DNA of 64,000 nt, taken from NCBI GenBank assembly GCA_964016885.1, contig OZ024743.1, positions 114,948,001 through 115,012,000 on the forward strand. The letters are read 5' to 3'. Numbering within the stretch: position 1 is the first letter of the stretch; every line of letters starts with the position of its first letter. Below are positions 11,697 to 26,020 of this stretch, piece by piece. This stretch comes from Eledone cirrhosa (taxonomy: Eukaryota). The notes beneath the pieces were generated by a model that was given only the letters and a program-made list of their open reading frames with translations, was not told the DNA's origin and ran no database searches. The position numbers and the translations under genes were made by a program.

Positions 11697-13717
11697 ATTA
11701 TTATCATCATTGAATTGGCAGTACCAGTAGAGCGTCGGACAAGTGCTTCACGGCATAGTATTTAGAAAAAAATGTTAAACTTTCATTTTCATCGGGGAGA
11801 ACACTTTCACATTTGTTCCTTTTTTAAAAGAGTGGAGGTATATTCATAGAAAATTAAATATTTAATTGACAAAAATTACTAAAATGATGTTGCCTCATGT
11901 TCACCTTTCGCCACAAAGTTCTTTAGAAAGAGAAAGAGATACACACCACAAGGGTAAAAGAGAGAGAAGGTGGGAGATATATATATTTTTACTCTGAGTT
12001 AAATTATTGTTAATAAAACAGATATCTATACCATCGTTACTCTAGTGGTACGAACCCGGACGGTGAGATAGAACGTTCCTTGGCGCGAAGAACCCCATAC
12101 GCAAGCCCCCACGTGGTTTCAGTGGACAGTATAGAGAAAGAGTTAGCCTGGAGCATAATGAAATTATGAAAGAACGATAATCTTGAATAATGATAACGAA
12201 ATAAATACTGTTTTCTAATTTAGGCACAAGAGAAGCAAATTTGATGGAAGGTTAATGTTGATGAATCAGCCCCAGTACTTGACTGCTACTTTATTTTATA
12301 GACCGTGAAATGATGAAAGGCTTAGTCGACCTTGGTAGTACTTGAAAACAAAATATAAACAGCCCAAAAAAATTTCTCAATGGCATTTTATCCGACCCTT
12401 AACCAATTCTACCAATCCACAACTCCGTACACGATAGATGTTATAACGCATTCAGTATGGCTTAAGACAGTTGAATAGTGAACACTATTAATATATGAGT
12501 TGCATATCATATGGCACTCGGTGTAACGTAAGCATGTGGAATAGTGAAAAGTATTAGTGTGTGAATTAGATGCTATACAGCATTCGGTGTGACGTAAGCA
12601 TGCATAATCGCTGTGAAATTGTTGAAGAAATAAAGGAGATATTGCATCGCAATGTAAATAATTATACTCTTATTTCATCGAATTTATGTGATTTCTGGCT
12701 TTTCTCATAATGGATTTGAACAATTACTGTCAGATATTAGAACATTGATTCTTTTATCATCTGTAATAAATAGAGAATCACTTGAATAACTATCTAAAGA
12801 TATTAGATCTATTTATATTGTGTATTAAGTAGCGTTTTTCTATCACTGCTCAAGAAACTTCACGTTTTTTATAAAGAAAAGATTTTCACTTCTTGATTCC
12901 CGCTCAAGCGTAAGGTATGAATAAATACCGCCCGAGCCGAATAATATTTTAATGTTATAGATATTAAATTTTGTATATATTGTTAGTTAAAATGTAGTGC
13001 TGCGTAATAAGCGGGAAATTGGTTCAGTTATTAGAGCATAAATCTTAATATATCACAGTATTTGTTCAGCTTTTTCACATTTTGTGTTCAAATATCATAG
13101 AAGCCAATTTAGCCTTTCATCCTTTCACGGTTGATAACATGGCGGTTAACTGGCGGAATTGTTAGAACATCGATACCGGGTGTTTTGCTGTTTCTCTTCC
13201 TTTGAGTTCGCCTTCCAGGTCCTTTGTACCATGCTGTATCGGTTTGGGCCATTCCCTTCACAATATCGGTGGCGTGGAGAGAAGAAACATCCAATAATGA
13301 GCAACTATTAATGATTTACTGAAAAAATAGCTTACTTTGGTTATGTCTTTGAAGAAGACATTTTCTGACGCAGTTCTATGGTAAAGGGACGTACGGAGAT
13401 TCCGGATATGTTTCAGTGGTTTCTGACCAAATAATATTTATAACAGTAATGGTTTTCAAAACCAAACAAAGGTCTAAAAAGTGCGAAAGAAAGTATCTGA
13501 GAAACACTTATTAAATAATAATGTTTAAATTCTAATCTAAATTCAGTTTAGTTTACACACACACACAGAGACTCAAACGCACATACACATATACAGACCC
13601 CTCCTCCCGCCCCCAAACACACATATACACACACATAAATATTTACTGCTTCTACTATTCAATTTCTCTCACTATGTAAACATACACACACACATACACA
13701 CACACATACACACACGC

Positions 13718-13767
<50 letters not shown>

Positions 13768-13795
13768 GTGGTAACACAACAGTTAGTTCACCATA

Positions 13796-13835
13796 CCGAG
13801 AACAATTGTTTCCCCCCTACGGATCTTCAGTTCGG
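13796..13835 (-). ncRNA. Minimal type I hammerhead motif (family A)
   Basis: ccgaa CUGAAGA uccguagggg(g) GAAAC AAUU GUU cucgg; palindromic loop III; one stem I mismatch. Confidence 0.7.
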
Positions 13836-14099
13836 AATGGTCTTTTATCCTTGTGGCGTGTATATCTTTCCCTTTCTAAAGAACTTTGTGGCAAACGGTG
13901 AAAATGACGCAACATCATTTTAGTAATTTTTGTCAATTAAATATTTAATTTTCTATGAATAAACCTTCCCTTTTTTTAAAAAGTAATAACTGTGAAAGTG
14001 TTCTCCCGACGAAAATGAAATTTAAATTTTTTTTCTAAGAACCATGCCGTAATTCTATGCCGTGAAGCACTTGTCCTATTCCGTATAACCATGACCAGT

Positions 14100-14139
14100 C
14101 CGAGTTGAAGATCCACTAAGGTGAAACAATTGTTCTCGG
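14100..14139 (+). ncRNA. Minimal type I hammerhead motif (family A, inverted partner)
   Basis: ccgag UUGAAGA uccacuaaggu GAAAC AAUU GUU cucgg; perfect stem I, C3U substitution. Confidence 0.7.
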
Positions 14140-14214
14140 TATGGTGAACTAACTTCTACTTAACTCGTCCCATGGACGCAGTGCTCTACAACTACGGATA
14201 TTACCTACCAGCGT

Positions 14215-14647
<433 letters not shown>

Positions 14648-14668
14648 GTATATATATATATACATATA

Positions 14669-14710
<42 letters not shown>

Positions 14711-14725
14711 CGTATGTCTAAATAA

Positions 14726-14759
<34 letters not shown>

Positions 14760-14918
14760 GTAAATACATATATATATTTGTGTGTGTATGTATATATCTA
14801 TATGTATTGCTCCCTCTATATATATATATGTATGTTTATATATATATATATATAAAAGTAAGTATATAAATACACACACACATACATATATATATATACA
14901 TATGTGCGTGTGTTCGTA

Positions 14919-14991
<73 letters not shown>

Positions 14992-15541
14992 GCGTGCGTG
15001 CCTGTGTGTGTAATATATTATAAATGAAATGTGAAATTATATTATAAATATTTTTTTTGTAAATAAAGGTCCCAGAATTTCATTTAACGTTTTAAAATAT
15101 AGATACTTAGTGAAATGAAAATTCTAATAGTTTCGATATTGTACACAGGGGAATATATAATATAAGATAATGGTTATTGATCAATATTTAGAATAGAATT
15201 CATAATATCGTCTTCATTATTTCATGATTTTATCTTTCATAGCTTTTGATATTTATTTCATCAATCTTTCTTAATATTTAATTTATTGTTATATAAATTT
15301 CCTTTATTCAAAGAGTTTACGACCATTTTTATAGTGTGTTTCACTTTAAATTTCATCTTCTCATTATTGTGATCGTTAGCATAGGAAGGTTATTTGTCTC
15401 TTCTGGTAATCTTTTCAGTACGAAATATTCATTCCCATAAACGCACACACTAACAGACACACATACACATACATATATATTTATATACGTTTATGTATGT
15501 TTGTATCTCTCTCTGTCTGTCTGTCTATCTATCATTCTATC

Positions 15542-15628
<87 letters not shown>

Positions 15629-15648
15629 ATATTTATATATTTATATAA

Positions 15649-15691
<43 letters not shown>

Positions 15692-15708
15692 AATTTATAT
15701 ATATATAG

Positions 15709-15763
15709 ATGTAAGTATGTATGTATACGTACATACATATATGTATACAGACGTACAGTAGCA

Positions 15764-15815
<52 letters not shown>

Positions 15816-16204
15816 CAGGTACACATACATATATGCACGCATCAGTTTAGCGGACGATTATTATAACGCCGCTTTGTTCGTTTGTAAACAAACTGAACAG
15901 CCTGAATTTATGCCATACGGTGTTAAGCAACCACGTCACCTTTTTGTTCAACACTGACACAGGAACGATGTACTAGTTTCAAGCTTGTTAGCTATCATCA
16001 GCACCGTATACCCATCTGCCAGATAGTTGAACGTTCGAAAGTATATACTTTCCTTATGAAAATTAACGGCTGAGCAGCCTAATTTGCATATTGAGTGAGT
16101 TAAATCGGTCAGGCATACCGAAAACGATAAGTTGAAAAAAATGAAAACGAAATTTCATTTCTCACTCTTAGTATGGCACTTACTTAAATGTAAGTATGTA
16201 TGTA
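15709..16204 (-). mobile_element. Retrozyme-like monomer, circular permutation of the 428-bp unit at 22993-23830
   Basis: Clear homology to the 23-kb units but starting at a different point; 17-nt terminal redundancy ATGTAAGTATGTATGTA whose counterpart is internal in the other copies. Confidence 0.75.
15966..16006 (-). ncRNA. Intact minimal type I hammerhead (family C)
   Basis: cggug CUGAUGA u agcu aaca agcu u GAAAC UA GUA caucg; all core nucleotides present, palindromic ACUAGU stem III. Confidence 0.85.
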
Positions 16205-17047
16205 GTGAAATGTTTGGAAAGTCTCCTCAAGAAATGCAAACAAAAAAAATTATATATATATAGATAAAGGTAATAGAATAGACATATAAAATATATAAAA
16301 AAATATTTTTTAAGGAAATATAGTTAGGTATGTGTATATGTATGTATATACACTCACAGATGTACATATGTATGTATGTACAAATGTGTGTGTATAGTGA
16401 AAATGTGTGCGTAAATATATGTATGAGGGCAAGTATATCTGTGTATATGTAACCACAGACATAGACATAATATGGGTGTCTGGTTGACAGGTATACAGAA
16501 AAACAGGGTATTAGATACATTATAAGAATATGAAGGCACGCGTATAAACACACACACGCGGAAGAAAAAGAGGTAAGGGAGTGTAATAGTAAAAAGAAAG
16601 TGTCATTCTCGATATATTTATAAAAATGGAACAATAATTTAGAAAGAAAAAATTGCAAAGTAAAGAAAAGAAAACAAACAAGGTACACGCGTACACACAC
16701 ACATATCTATAACAAACATATATCTATAAAAAATATATATATACACGCAATACGTGCAGACAAAAGCGTATGCAAGCGTACACACACACACAAGATGCAC
16801 ATATATATATATACACATCGCCCCATGTATATCTAATCACGCGTACGTACTCAACTGTATACACACACACGTATACACACATATATATATATATATATAT
16901 ATACATACGCACACATACACATCCATACATGCAGTACGTACGCACACACACACACACACACATACATACACTCACGCACGTTGACCCGCTTACATGCACC
17001 CACATGAAGATAAGAATTTAAAAAAATATATATATATAAATATATAA

Positions 17048-17078
<31 letters not shown>

Positions 17079-17195
17079 TATTGACCGTATAGCAACGAAA
17101 AGTTCTTCCTCGTTGAAATGTTGAACTGTATTATATATATCTTCGACCTGTGCCTGAAATACTAGAACTCACCTCTTCTTAGAGTACATTATTTT

Positions 17196-17382
17196 TGGAT
17201 TGGCAGTATCGGTAGAGGGCGGACGTCAGGCTTTGACGCATAGAGTTACGGCCCTTTCCCTTCTGAGTTCAAATTCCGCCGAGGTCAACTTTGCATTTCA
17301 TCCTTACGGTGTCGATAAAATAAAGTACCAGTAATGTACTGGGTATTTGCTGGCCTTGTGCTAAAAGTAGAAACAATTATTT
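17196..17382 (+). mobile_element. SINE copy (short subfamily); similar copies 32460-32640, 55838-56035, 61765-62025
   Basis: Matches SINE consensus from head to GTAGAAACAATTATT tail. Confidence 0.9.
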
Positions 17383-17596
17383 TATATTATTCTTCAAACG
17401 GTATTTGGATAACCCATTTGTTTTATATGGAAAGCTGAATTATGATATATGATTTATGATTACGATTGGAATTTCAAGAAGGAAATGACATAGCTTCGTG
17501 AGGTTCCGGACAAGAAAATTGTATGAAAGTATGAAAAATATAATGTACAATGTAACGAACAATGAATATATAGATATATAGATATCTCTGTATCTA

Positions 17597-17712
<116 letters not shown>

Positions 17713-17744
17713 CTGTTCGTAACATTTTATATTATATTTTTCAT

Positions 17745-18181
<437 letters not shown>

Positions 18182-18355
18182 GTAAAATATATATATATAA
18201 TTATATATATATATACATCTACAAATATATATAGCGTTGTATACATGAATGTATGTATAGTATATTTGGTAATATACCGTATGCTTTATTAAAAACATTT
18301 TGAAGACCATACGCTATCAGTTTTAAAGTAGTCACTTACTTCTTTTCTTCGGCGA

Positions 18356-18423
<68 letters not shown>

Positions 18424-18451
18424 AAATTTCGCTCTACATGGCTGAATACAG

Positions 18452-18700
18452 TAAATGTAATCTGTGTTTTTCGAATATTAATAATAACATTCGATTCGTT
18501 TGCAATTATGCAAACAAGCCTCAATTTTATAGCCATGTCAGTAGAATGAACACTTCATTCTTGCTCTTGTGTTGGCATGCGAACAAGAGCAAGAATGAAG
18601 TGTTGATTCTACTGACATGGCTATAATATTGAGGCTTGTTTGCATAATTGCAAACTAATCGAATGTTATTATTAATATTCGAAAAACTCAGATTATATTT
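18452..18700. repeat. About 250-bp near-perfect palindrome
   Basis: Arms mirror around 18575 (e.g. ATAGCCATGTCAGTAGAAT / ATTCTACTGACATGGCTAT). Confidence 0.95.
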
Positions 18701-18711
18701 GTGAGGCATTT

Positions 18712-19125
18712 GAAAACAAATGCCTCACAAATGACATCGTATACAAATGCGATGTCATCTCAGGCACCGAGGATTGCAAAAAAACTTACATCGGCATGAC
18801 CTCCAACAACTTTAAGACCCGTTGGTATGCCCATACCCACTCCTTCAGAAGACCGGATAAATCAAATCAGACAACACTCGCCTCCTACGTTTGGGACCTC
18901 AAAAGGAACTCCACCCCCTTCACGCTTAAATGGAAAATACTCCAGAAAGCGCGCTCTTACAACGGAGGACACAAGGGCTGCGACCTTTGTATTTCAGAGA
19001 GCTAGGAAATTTTATTCGCCAAGGGCCCGCTACTGAACAAACTCTCTGAACACTGCCCGAACTGCATGCACAAGAACTTTGCAACTTTCAAACACTTTAA
19101 GCCAGTGTTAAAGCCCGATGGCTAA
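18712..19125 (+). mobile_element. Penelope-like element GIY-YIG endonuclease fragment
   Basis: KCLTNDIVYKC..KKTYIGMTSNNFKTRWYAH..SF...TTLASYVWDLK..LKWKIL..CDLCISE...LLN..E...CMH; one in-frame stop; short inverted copy of its own 5' end at 18697-18712. Confidence 0.9.
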
Positions 19126-19289
19126 AAACGACCTCCCCCTATTGGCCCCTATACCTCCTTCTCACCCTACCCCCACCCCTCCTCAAACTGAAATACGTCC
19201 ACTATGGTTATGTGAGTACCTCTTTCGTATCTACATTTTCTGCATGTAGAGGTGTTTTTATGTGCCTGCGTATATGCGTATATTTATTG

Positions 19290-19472
19290 AGTACCTATTT
19301 ATTTGTATGTGTATATATTTGTTTGTATGTGTGTATATGTATGTATATGTGTATATATATATATATATGTTTGTGTGTATATGTGTTTTATGTGTGTATA
19401 TTTATGTATGTATATATATGTATATATGTATATATATGTGTATATATATATGTATATATGTATATATATGTG

Positions 19473-19503
<31 letters not shown>

Positions 19504-19564
19504 GTGTATATATGTGTATGTATGTGTATATGTATGTATGTATGTATGTATGTGTATGTGTATG

Positions 19565-19631
<67 letters not shown>

Positions 19632-19640
19632 ATGTGTGTA

Positions 19641-19671
<31 letters not shown>

Positions 19672-19692
19672 GTGTGTGGGCAGGTGTGTATA

Positions 19693-19747
<55 letters not shown>

Positions 19748-19829
19748 GTATATATATGTATATATATATATATATGTGCGTGAGAGAGAGTGTGTATATA
19801 TATTTGTGTGTGTGTGTATGTGTGTATGC

Positions 19830-19861
<32 letters not shown>

Positions 19862-19946
19862 GTGTATATATGCGTTATATGTCTGTATATATGTGTATAT
19901 TTATGTATAGGTCTGTGTATGTATGTGTATATTTGTATATATATGG

Positions 19947-19985
<39 letters not shown>

Positions 19986-20070
19986 TTTATACATATGCAT
20001 GTGTATGTGTGTGTGTGTGTGTATATATGTGTGTATATGTGTGTGTGTGTATATATGTGTGTGTATATGT

Positions 20071-20112
<42 letters not shown>

Positions 20113-20145
20113 ATGTGTATGTATGTATATGTATATGTGTGTATA

Positions 20146-20213
<68 letters not shown>

Positions 20214-20523
20214 AACCAGTAAGACCCCGACAGCTGAGCTCAAGCCGTTTCGACGGCTAATTCTGGACTAAATTTAGTCCAGAATTAGCCGTCGAAACGG
20301 CTTGAGCTCAGATGTCGGGGTCTTACTGGTTCCTATTACCCACTCTACTACCTCAAGTATTGAGTACTTTGGTGCGTTATGGTCCACCTGGTTCCTTACC
20401 ACACTTCCTTCGTTATCCGTGTGTGTGTATATGTGTGTATGTATTTGTGTATATATGTATGTATGTGTATGTGTGTGTGTATATGTGTATGTATATGTCT
20501 GTGTGTGTGTATATATATATATA

Positions 20524-20578
<55 letters not shown>

Positions 20579-20652
20579 GTGTATATATATATATGTGTAT
20601 ATATGTATATGTGTGTATGTATATATATATGAGTATATGTATGAATGGTGTA

Positions 20653-20728
<76 letters not shown>

Positions 20729-20756
20729 GTGCTTGTTCCTTATATATGTGTATATA

Positions 20757-20801
<45 letters not shown>

Positions 20802-20842
20802 ATGTATGTGTGTGTGTGTGTATGTATGTGTATATAATTGTT

Positions 20843-20885
<43 letters not shown>

Positions 20886-20962
20886 TTGTGTTTGTGTGTA
20901 TGTGTGTGTATATGTATATATGTGTGTGTATGTGTTTTATATACATGTATATATGTGTGTAT

Positions 20963-21030
<68 letters not shown>

Positions 21031-21143
21031 ATATATTTCTGTATATATATGTATACATATCTATGTGTATTTGTGTGTATATGTATACACATGTATATTT
21101 GTGTTTGTATGTATGTGTGTGAGTGTATTTATATGTGTATATA

Positions 21144-21176
<33 letters not shown>

Positions 21177-21207
21177 GTATGTGTGTGTGTGTGTGTATAT
21201 ATATGTG

Positions 21208-21244
<37 letters not shown>

Positions 21245-21350
21245 GTGTATGTATGTGTATGTATATAAATATATTTATATATATGTGTGTGTGTTTTTAT
21301 GTGTGTATATGTGTATGTGTATGTGTGTTTATGGTTGCGCGTGAGTCTGT
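19290..21350. repeat. Compound (TA)n/(TG)n microsatellite block
   Basis: Direct reading; similar blocks 14560-15010, 49020-50580, 51100-51390. Confidence 0.97.
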
Positions 21351-21644
21351 GAGTGAGTATGTTTTTTTGTGAATGTGTCTGTTGATTTTTGGCATATAGT
21401 TGATTAGTTTAAAAGAAGTTCGAAGATAATTGTAAGATATGCACTCAGTATTTTGAATCTGTCTACAGAATTCTCTAAACTTTTGTCACTTGGTAGAACC
21501 TTAATGATTTTAGCTTTTAAAGAATCTCCCTTTTCTTTAATTCTATCGACCATGACTGACCCCCCACTGATCGTATAGACATCTGTTAGCTTAAGAGAAA
21601 CTTAATGACAAGGAATGGTATGCCATCCGGAACTTGTTTATAGA

Positions 21645-21958
21645 ATTCTGTCTGCCCTAGTTACTCTAAAAACATAAATAAATAAAAATAAACTATAGCT
21701 TTGTAGAATTAGCTTTTAATGAATTCCCTTTTCTATCAACCAATGACCTACACCCATCCCACTCCCCACCCTCTCCTACCACTTGTAGAGACCTATAAAT
21801 ACCATTTTTATTCTTTGATACCCAGATTCCTGATGATTTCTAATGAATGAAACAGTTCTAGTCCTGTAGAATCTCATCTATATTAAAACTTTTATACTCT
21901 GCTATGTATTGAGTACCTTACTTACTGTGGTTACCTCCGATTCAACCCGGAATAACGT
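21645..21958 (+). mobile_element. PLE-type 3' end/pLTR ending in (TA)n (family D); homolog 51758-51985 (-)
   Basis: Shared AGAATTAGCTTTTAATGAATTCCC...CCAGATTCCTGATGA...ATCTCATCTATATTAAAACT. Confidence 0.7.
21824..21874 (+). ncRNA. Intact type I hammerhead (family D), sense to host pre-mRNA
   Basis: agauuc CUGAUGA u uuc uaau gaa u GAAA cag uucuaguc cug UA gaaucu; 6-bp stem I, 4-bp stem III, GUA site. Confidence 0.88.
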
Positions 21959-22361
21959 ATATATATATATATATATATATAGATATATATATACATATAT
22001 ACTTTTCCAGACAGGCATCTCAATATATTTTCCAGACAGGCATCTCAATATATTTATTGAAGCTAACAACTGGATTCTAAAGTTTGTAACTTTTCAATAG
22101 ACGATATAGTATTGTCGCAAGTGACAGTAGCTTTAATAGTCCAGAACATAAGACCATTGCCATAAAGAATCAATTTGTGTAGATTAGCAGATCGTAATTC
22201 ATTCTAGTATATAAGGCTAAATTGTAAATCTGATGTCGACGAAAATGTAGATATTATGATAATATAATATAGTATAATATAATTTCAGATTGCATTGACA
22301 AGAAGCTGGTGTGCCAACTTTCTATGCTATGTTATGCTATGTATGTATGTATGTATGTATG

Positions 22362-22453
<92 letters not shown>

Positions 22454-22650
22454 GAAAGTTGGCACACACCAGCTTCTTGTCAATGCAATCTGAAATTATA
22501 TTATACTATATTATATTATCATATCTAAATGTTCGTCGACATCAGATTTACAATTTAGCCTTATATACTAGAATGAATTACGATCTGCTAATCTACACAA
22601 ATTGATTCTTTATGTGCAATGGTCATATATATGTGTAAAATATATATATA

Positions 22651-22949
22651 TAATTATGAAATAAACAACGTAAGACAATTATTCCATTTACCAAAGGTTT
22701 CACGAAGACAGACAAGCTCGACACAGACGTCAGAAATCGCTCATAAGAATTTAATTTTATTTGATGTAAGATATATATCAGCCTCGATTTCATTTGTTTT
22801 AGCCTTTGTTTTTAAATCCCTATCTTACATCTACATCAAATGAAATTTCATTCTGATGGGCGATTTCAGACGTCTGTGTCGAGCACGTCTGTCTTCGTAA
22901 AACCTTTGGTAAATGTAATAATTGTTTTATGTTGTTTATTACATAATTA
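22651..22949. repeat. Inverted repeat with a hammerhead (family E) in each arm: 22685-22750 (-) and 22849-22915 (+)
   Basis: Consensus cauu CUGAUGA gcga..agacg...cgucu..ucgu GAAAC c uuu g GUA aaug; the arms carry different core substitutions. Confidence 0.75.
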
Positions 22950-22992
22950 GATAGTTCTGTTCCTACAGAAACACTTAATATATATATATATA

Positions 22993-23826
22993 TTAACTCA
23001 CTCGATATGCAAATTAGGCTGCTCAGCCGTTAATATGCATAAGGAAAGTATATACTTTCAGAAGTTCCATCATCTGGTAGGAAGGTATACGTTGCTGACG
23101 ATAGCTAATAAGCTTGAAAGTAGTACAGCGTTCCTTTGTCAGTGTTGAACAAATGAGCAACGATGGTTGCTAGACACTGTACGGCTTAATTCGTGATGTT
23201 TGTTTACAAACACACCGAGCATTATAATAAATGTTCGGTGAATCCATACGTACATATATATGTGTGCATGTATGTATATATATATACATACTACTGTACG
23301 TCTGTATACATATATGTATGTACGGATACATACTTATATTTAAGTAACAGCCGTACTAAGAGTGAGAAATGAAATTTCGTTTCATTTTTTCCGTTTATCG
23401 TTTTCGGTGCGCCCGGCCGATTAACTCAATCGATATGCAAATTAGGCTGCCCAGCCGTTAATATGCATAAGGAAAGTATATACTTTCAGAAATTCAATCA
23501 TTTGGCAGGAAGGTAAACGTTGTTGACGATAGCTAATAAGCTTGAAACTAGTACAGCGTTCCTTTGTCAGTGTTCAACAAATGAGCAACGATGGTTGCTA
23601 GACACTGTACGGCTTAATCCGGGATGTTGGTTTACAAACACACCGAGCATTATAATAAATGTTCGGTGAATCCATACGTATATATATATATATATGTGTG
23701 CATGTATGTATATATATATACATACTACTGTACGTCTGTACACATATATGTATGTACGGATACATACTTATATTTAAGTAACAGCCGTACTAAGTGTGAG
23801 AAAAGAAATTTCGTTTCATTTCTTCC

Positions 23827-23830
<4 letters not shown>
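22993..23830 (+). mobile_element. Tandem dimer of 428-bp hammerhead-containing unit (retrozyme-like)
   Basis: Units start at 22993 and 23421; hammerheads at 23090-23130 and 23518-23558; no coding capacity; flanked by (TA)n. Confidence 0.85.
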
Positions 23831-23879
<49 letters not shown>

Positions 23880-23891
23880 AATATATATATG

Positions 23892-23921
<30 letters not shown>

Positions 23922-23922
<1 letters not shown>

Positions 23923-24195
23923 CATCATCATCATCATCATCATCACCGTTTTACGTCCGTTCTTCCACGCTAGCATGGGTTAGACGGGTTGTCCTGTTGT
24001 GGGCAGTGTCTGGTCGGCTGACCATGCCTTGCTCATACAGGAACTGATCTGGCTTGATTTCTACAGCTGGATGCCCTTCCTAACACCAACCTCATTTACA
24101 GTGAGTGCTGGGTGCTTTTTCGTGGCGCCTACACGTCCACTTTACAGTGTGGGCTGGGTGCTTTTTTGCCGTGGCACCTCCACGACCACCTTCTA
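23922..24195 (-). mobile_element. 3' part of a second SINE family with (ATG)n tail; tRNA-like heads of other SINEs at 26165-26290 and 57540-57675 (-)
   Basis: GGTTGGTGTTAGGAAGGGCATCCAGCTGTAGAAA core and GGACGTAAAACGGTGATGATG tail on minus strand. Confidence 0.7.
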
Positions 24196-24207
24196 GTTGT
24201 TATATAT

Positions 24208-24456
24208 ATATTGTTATACTTTGGGAGGGTCATGTTGCCAATAAGAAACACACGCACCAGTTGCTTTCACTTCAATTTATTATATATTTATATTATAAAT
24301 TTATAAATTTATAAATTTATAAATATATAATAAATTGAAGTGAAAGCAACTGGTACGTGTGTTTCTTATTGGCAACATGACCCTCCCAAAGTATAACAAT
24401 ATCGGTTTCAACACACGATTTCAGATAAAGAATCTTGCAAAACAAATTCAGAAACG

Positions 24457-24460
<4 letters not shown>
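24208..24460 (+). mobile_element. Fold-back 3' end of the PLE family at 34545-35617; relatives 24530-24598, 26478-26838, 45415-45500
   Basis: Shared ATGACCCTCCC.AAGTATAACAATAT; palindrome 24208-24401; AGTGAAAGCAACTGG also present at 34570-34583. Confidence 0.75.
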
Positions 24461-24516
<56 letters not shown>

Positions 24517-24601
24517 ATGTACATATATGAGCGTCTTCTGTTATTATTTCTGACAACATTATTACAACAATATGACCCCCCGCCAGTATAACAATATATA
24601 T

Positions 24602-24897
24602 ATATAACAACTAGAAATTGATTAACATATAAGTAAATATATGAAACAATCATAGGGGATAATTTTTACAAGTGTGCAAGCACACGTAACTAGATAGGTA
24701 ACTAAATAAAGTTAACTAGAGCTTCAAAAATAGATACCTTATAATATGATTATTCATATAAGGTATCTATTTTTGAAGTTCTAATTAATTTTACATAGCT
24801 ACCTACCTAGCTATGTGTGCTTGCACACTTGTAAAAATTATCCCCTGTGATGGTTTCATATATTTATTTATATGTTAAACAATTTCTAGTTGTTATA
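24602..24897. repeat. About 295-bp palindrome
   Basis: Arms mirror around 24750 (AGGGGATAATTTTTACAAGTGTGCAAGCACAC / GTGTGCTTGCACACTTGTAAAAATTATCCCCT). Confidence 0.95.
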
Positions 24898-24989
24898 AAA
24901 TGTTCGGACCTATTCATTAGAATCTTGGAGGTTATTTTACGGGTGATATGGCGCATGCCTTTCTGGCATGACACACATAATTATATATA

Positions 24990-25296
24990 TATGAAGTTTT
25001 TGACAGTACTGGCCCACATGGTCAGATCCCCAAGTGGAAGAATATGCTCCGAAATCATTAGACGTGTCCGTCGAACCTGCGGGTCCGGAATCAGACAGAT
25101 CAACACAATGATCGCGTCTCGAGCTGTCCGCTGGCGAAACAATTGTAACACACAATAAATTGAGTTCAGATGCATCACTGATTTTTCGTTTTATATTATA
25201 TCATACTCTGCTCTGTAAGAGCATAGAGTGTTCAACCGGCATACCGCCTATGGCACCATCTTAGCTACCATCCGAGACATACACACACACACACAG

Positions 25297-25391
<95 letters not shown>

Positions 25392-25767
25392 TTTTACGTG
25401 TGTTTTATCGTAACTATGATGCATCCATAGGCGGTATGCCAAAATTAGCACTCAACGTTCTTACAGAGCAGTGTGTGAATAGTATAAAAAACGAAAAATC
25501 AGTGATGCATCTAGACTCAATTTATTGCGTGTTACAATTGTTTCGCCGGCAGGTAGCCCGGGTAGCTCGAGACGTGATCACTGTATTGATGTGGCTTATT
25601 CTACGGCTGCAGGTTCTTCGGACACAAGTAATCCTTTCGGAGCAAAGTTTCTCACTGAATCAGCCAGATCAATACAGTGATCATGTCTCGAGCTACCTGC
25701 TGGCGAAACAATTGTAACACGCAATAAACTGAGTCTAGATGCATCACTGATTTTTCGTTTTTTATAC

Positions 25768-25770
<3 letters not shown>
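24990..25770. mobile_element. Three alternating-orientation copies of a hammerhead-bearing 3' end (family F): 25064-25151 (+), 25529-25625 (-), partial 25660-25721 (+)
   Basis: gugu CCGAAGA accugc...ccugccggc GAAAC AAUU GUA acac; U4C core variant, long helix II. Confidence 0.7.
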
Positions 25771-25824
<54 letters not shown>

Positions 25825-25938
25825 AGCAAAACGATACAGTGCAATGAAGATATATATTAGTTTAATACATATATTTGTTTGCTATAAGAAATCTTTGAAG
25901 GAATTTCACCGGTCCGGACCCCCTGTCATTTTACTCAA

Positions 25939-26020
<82 letters not shown>

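Noticed and set aside
17196-17290. tRNA gene
   Set aside because: A and B boxes belong to a SINE head; no complete cloverleaf.
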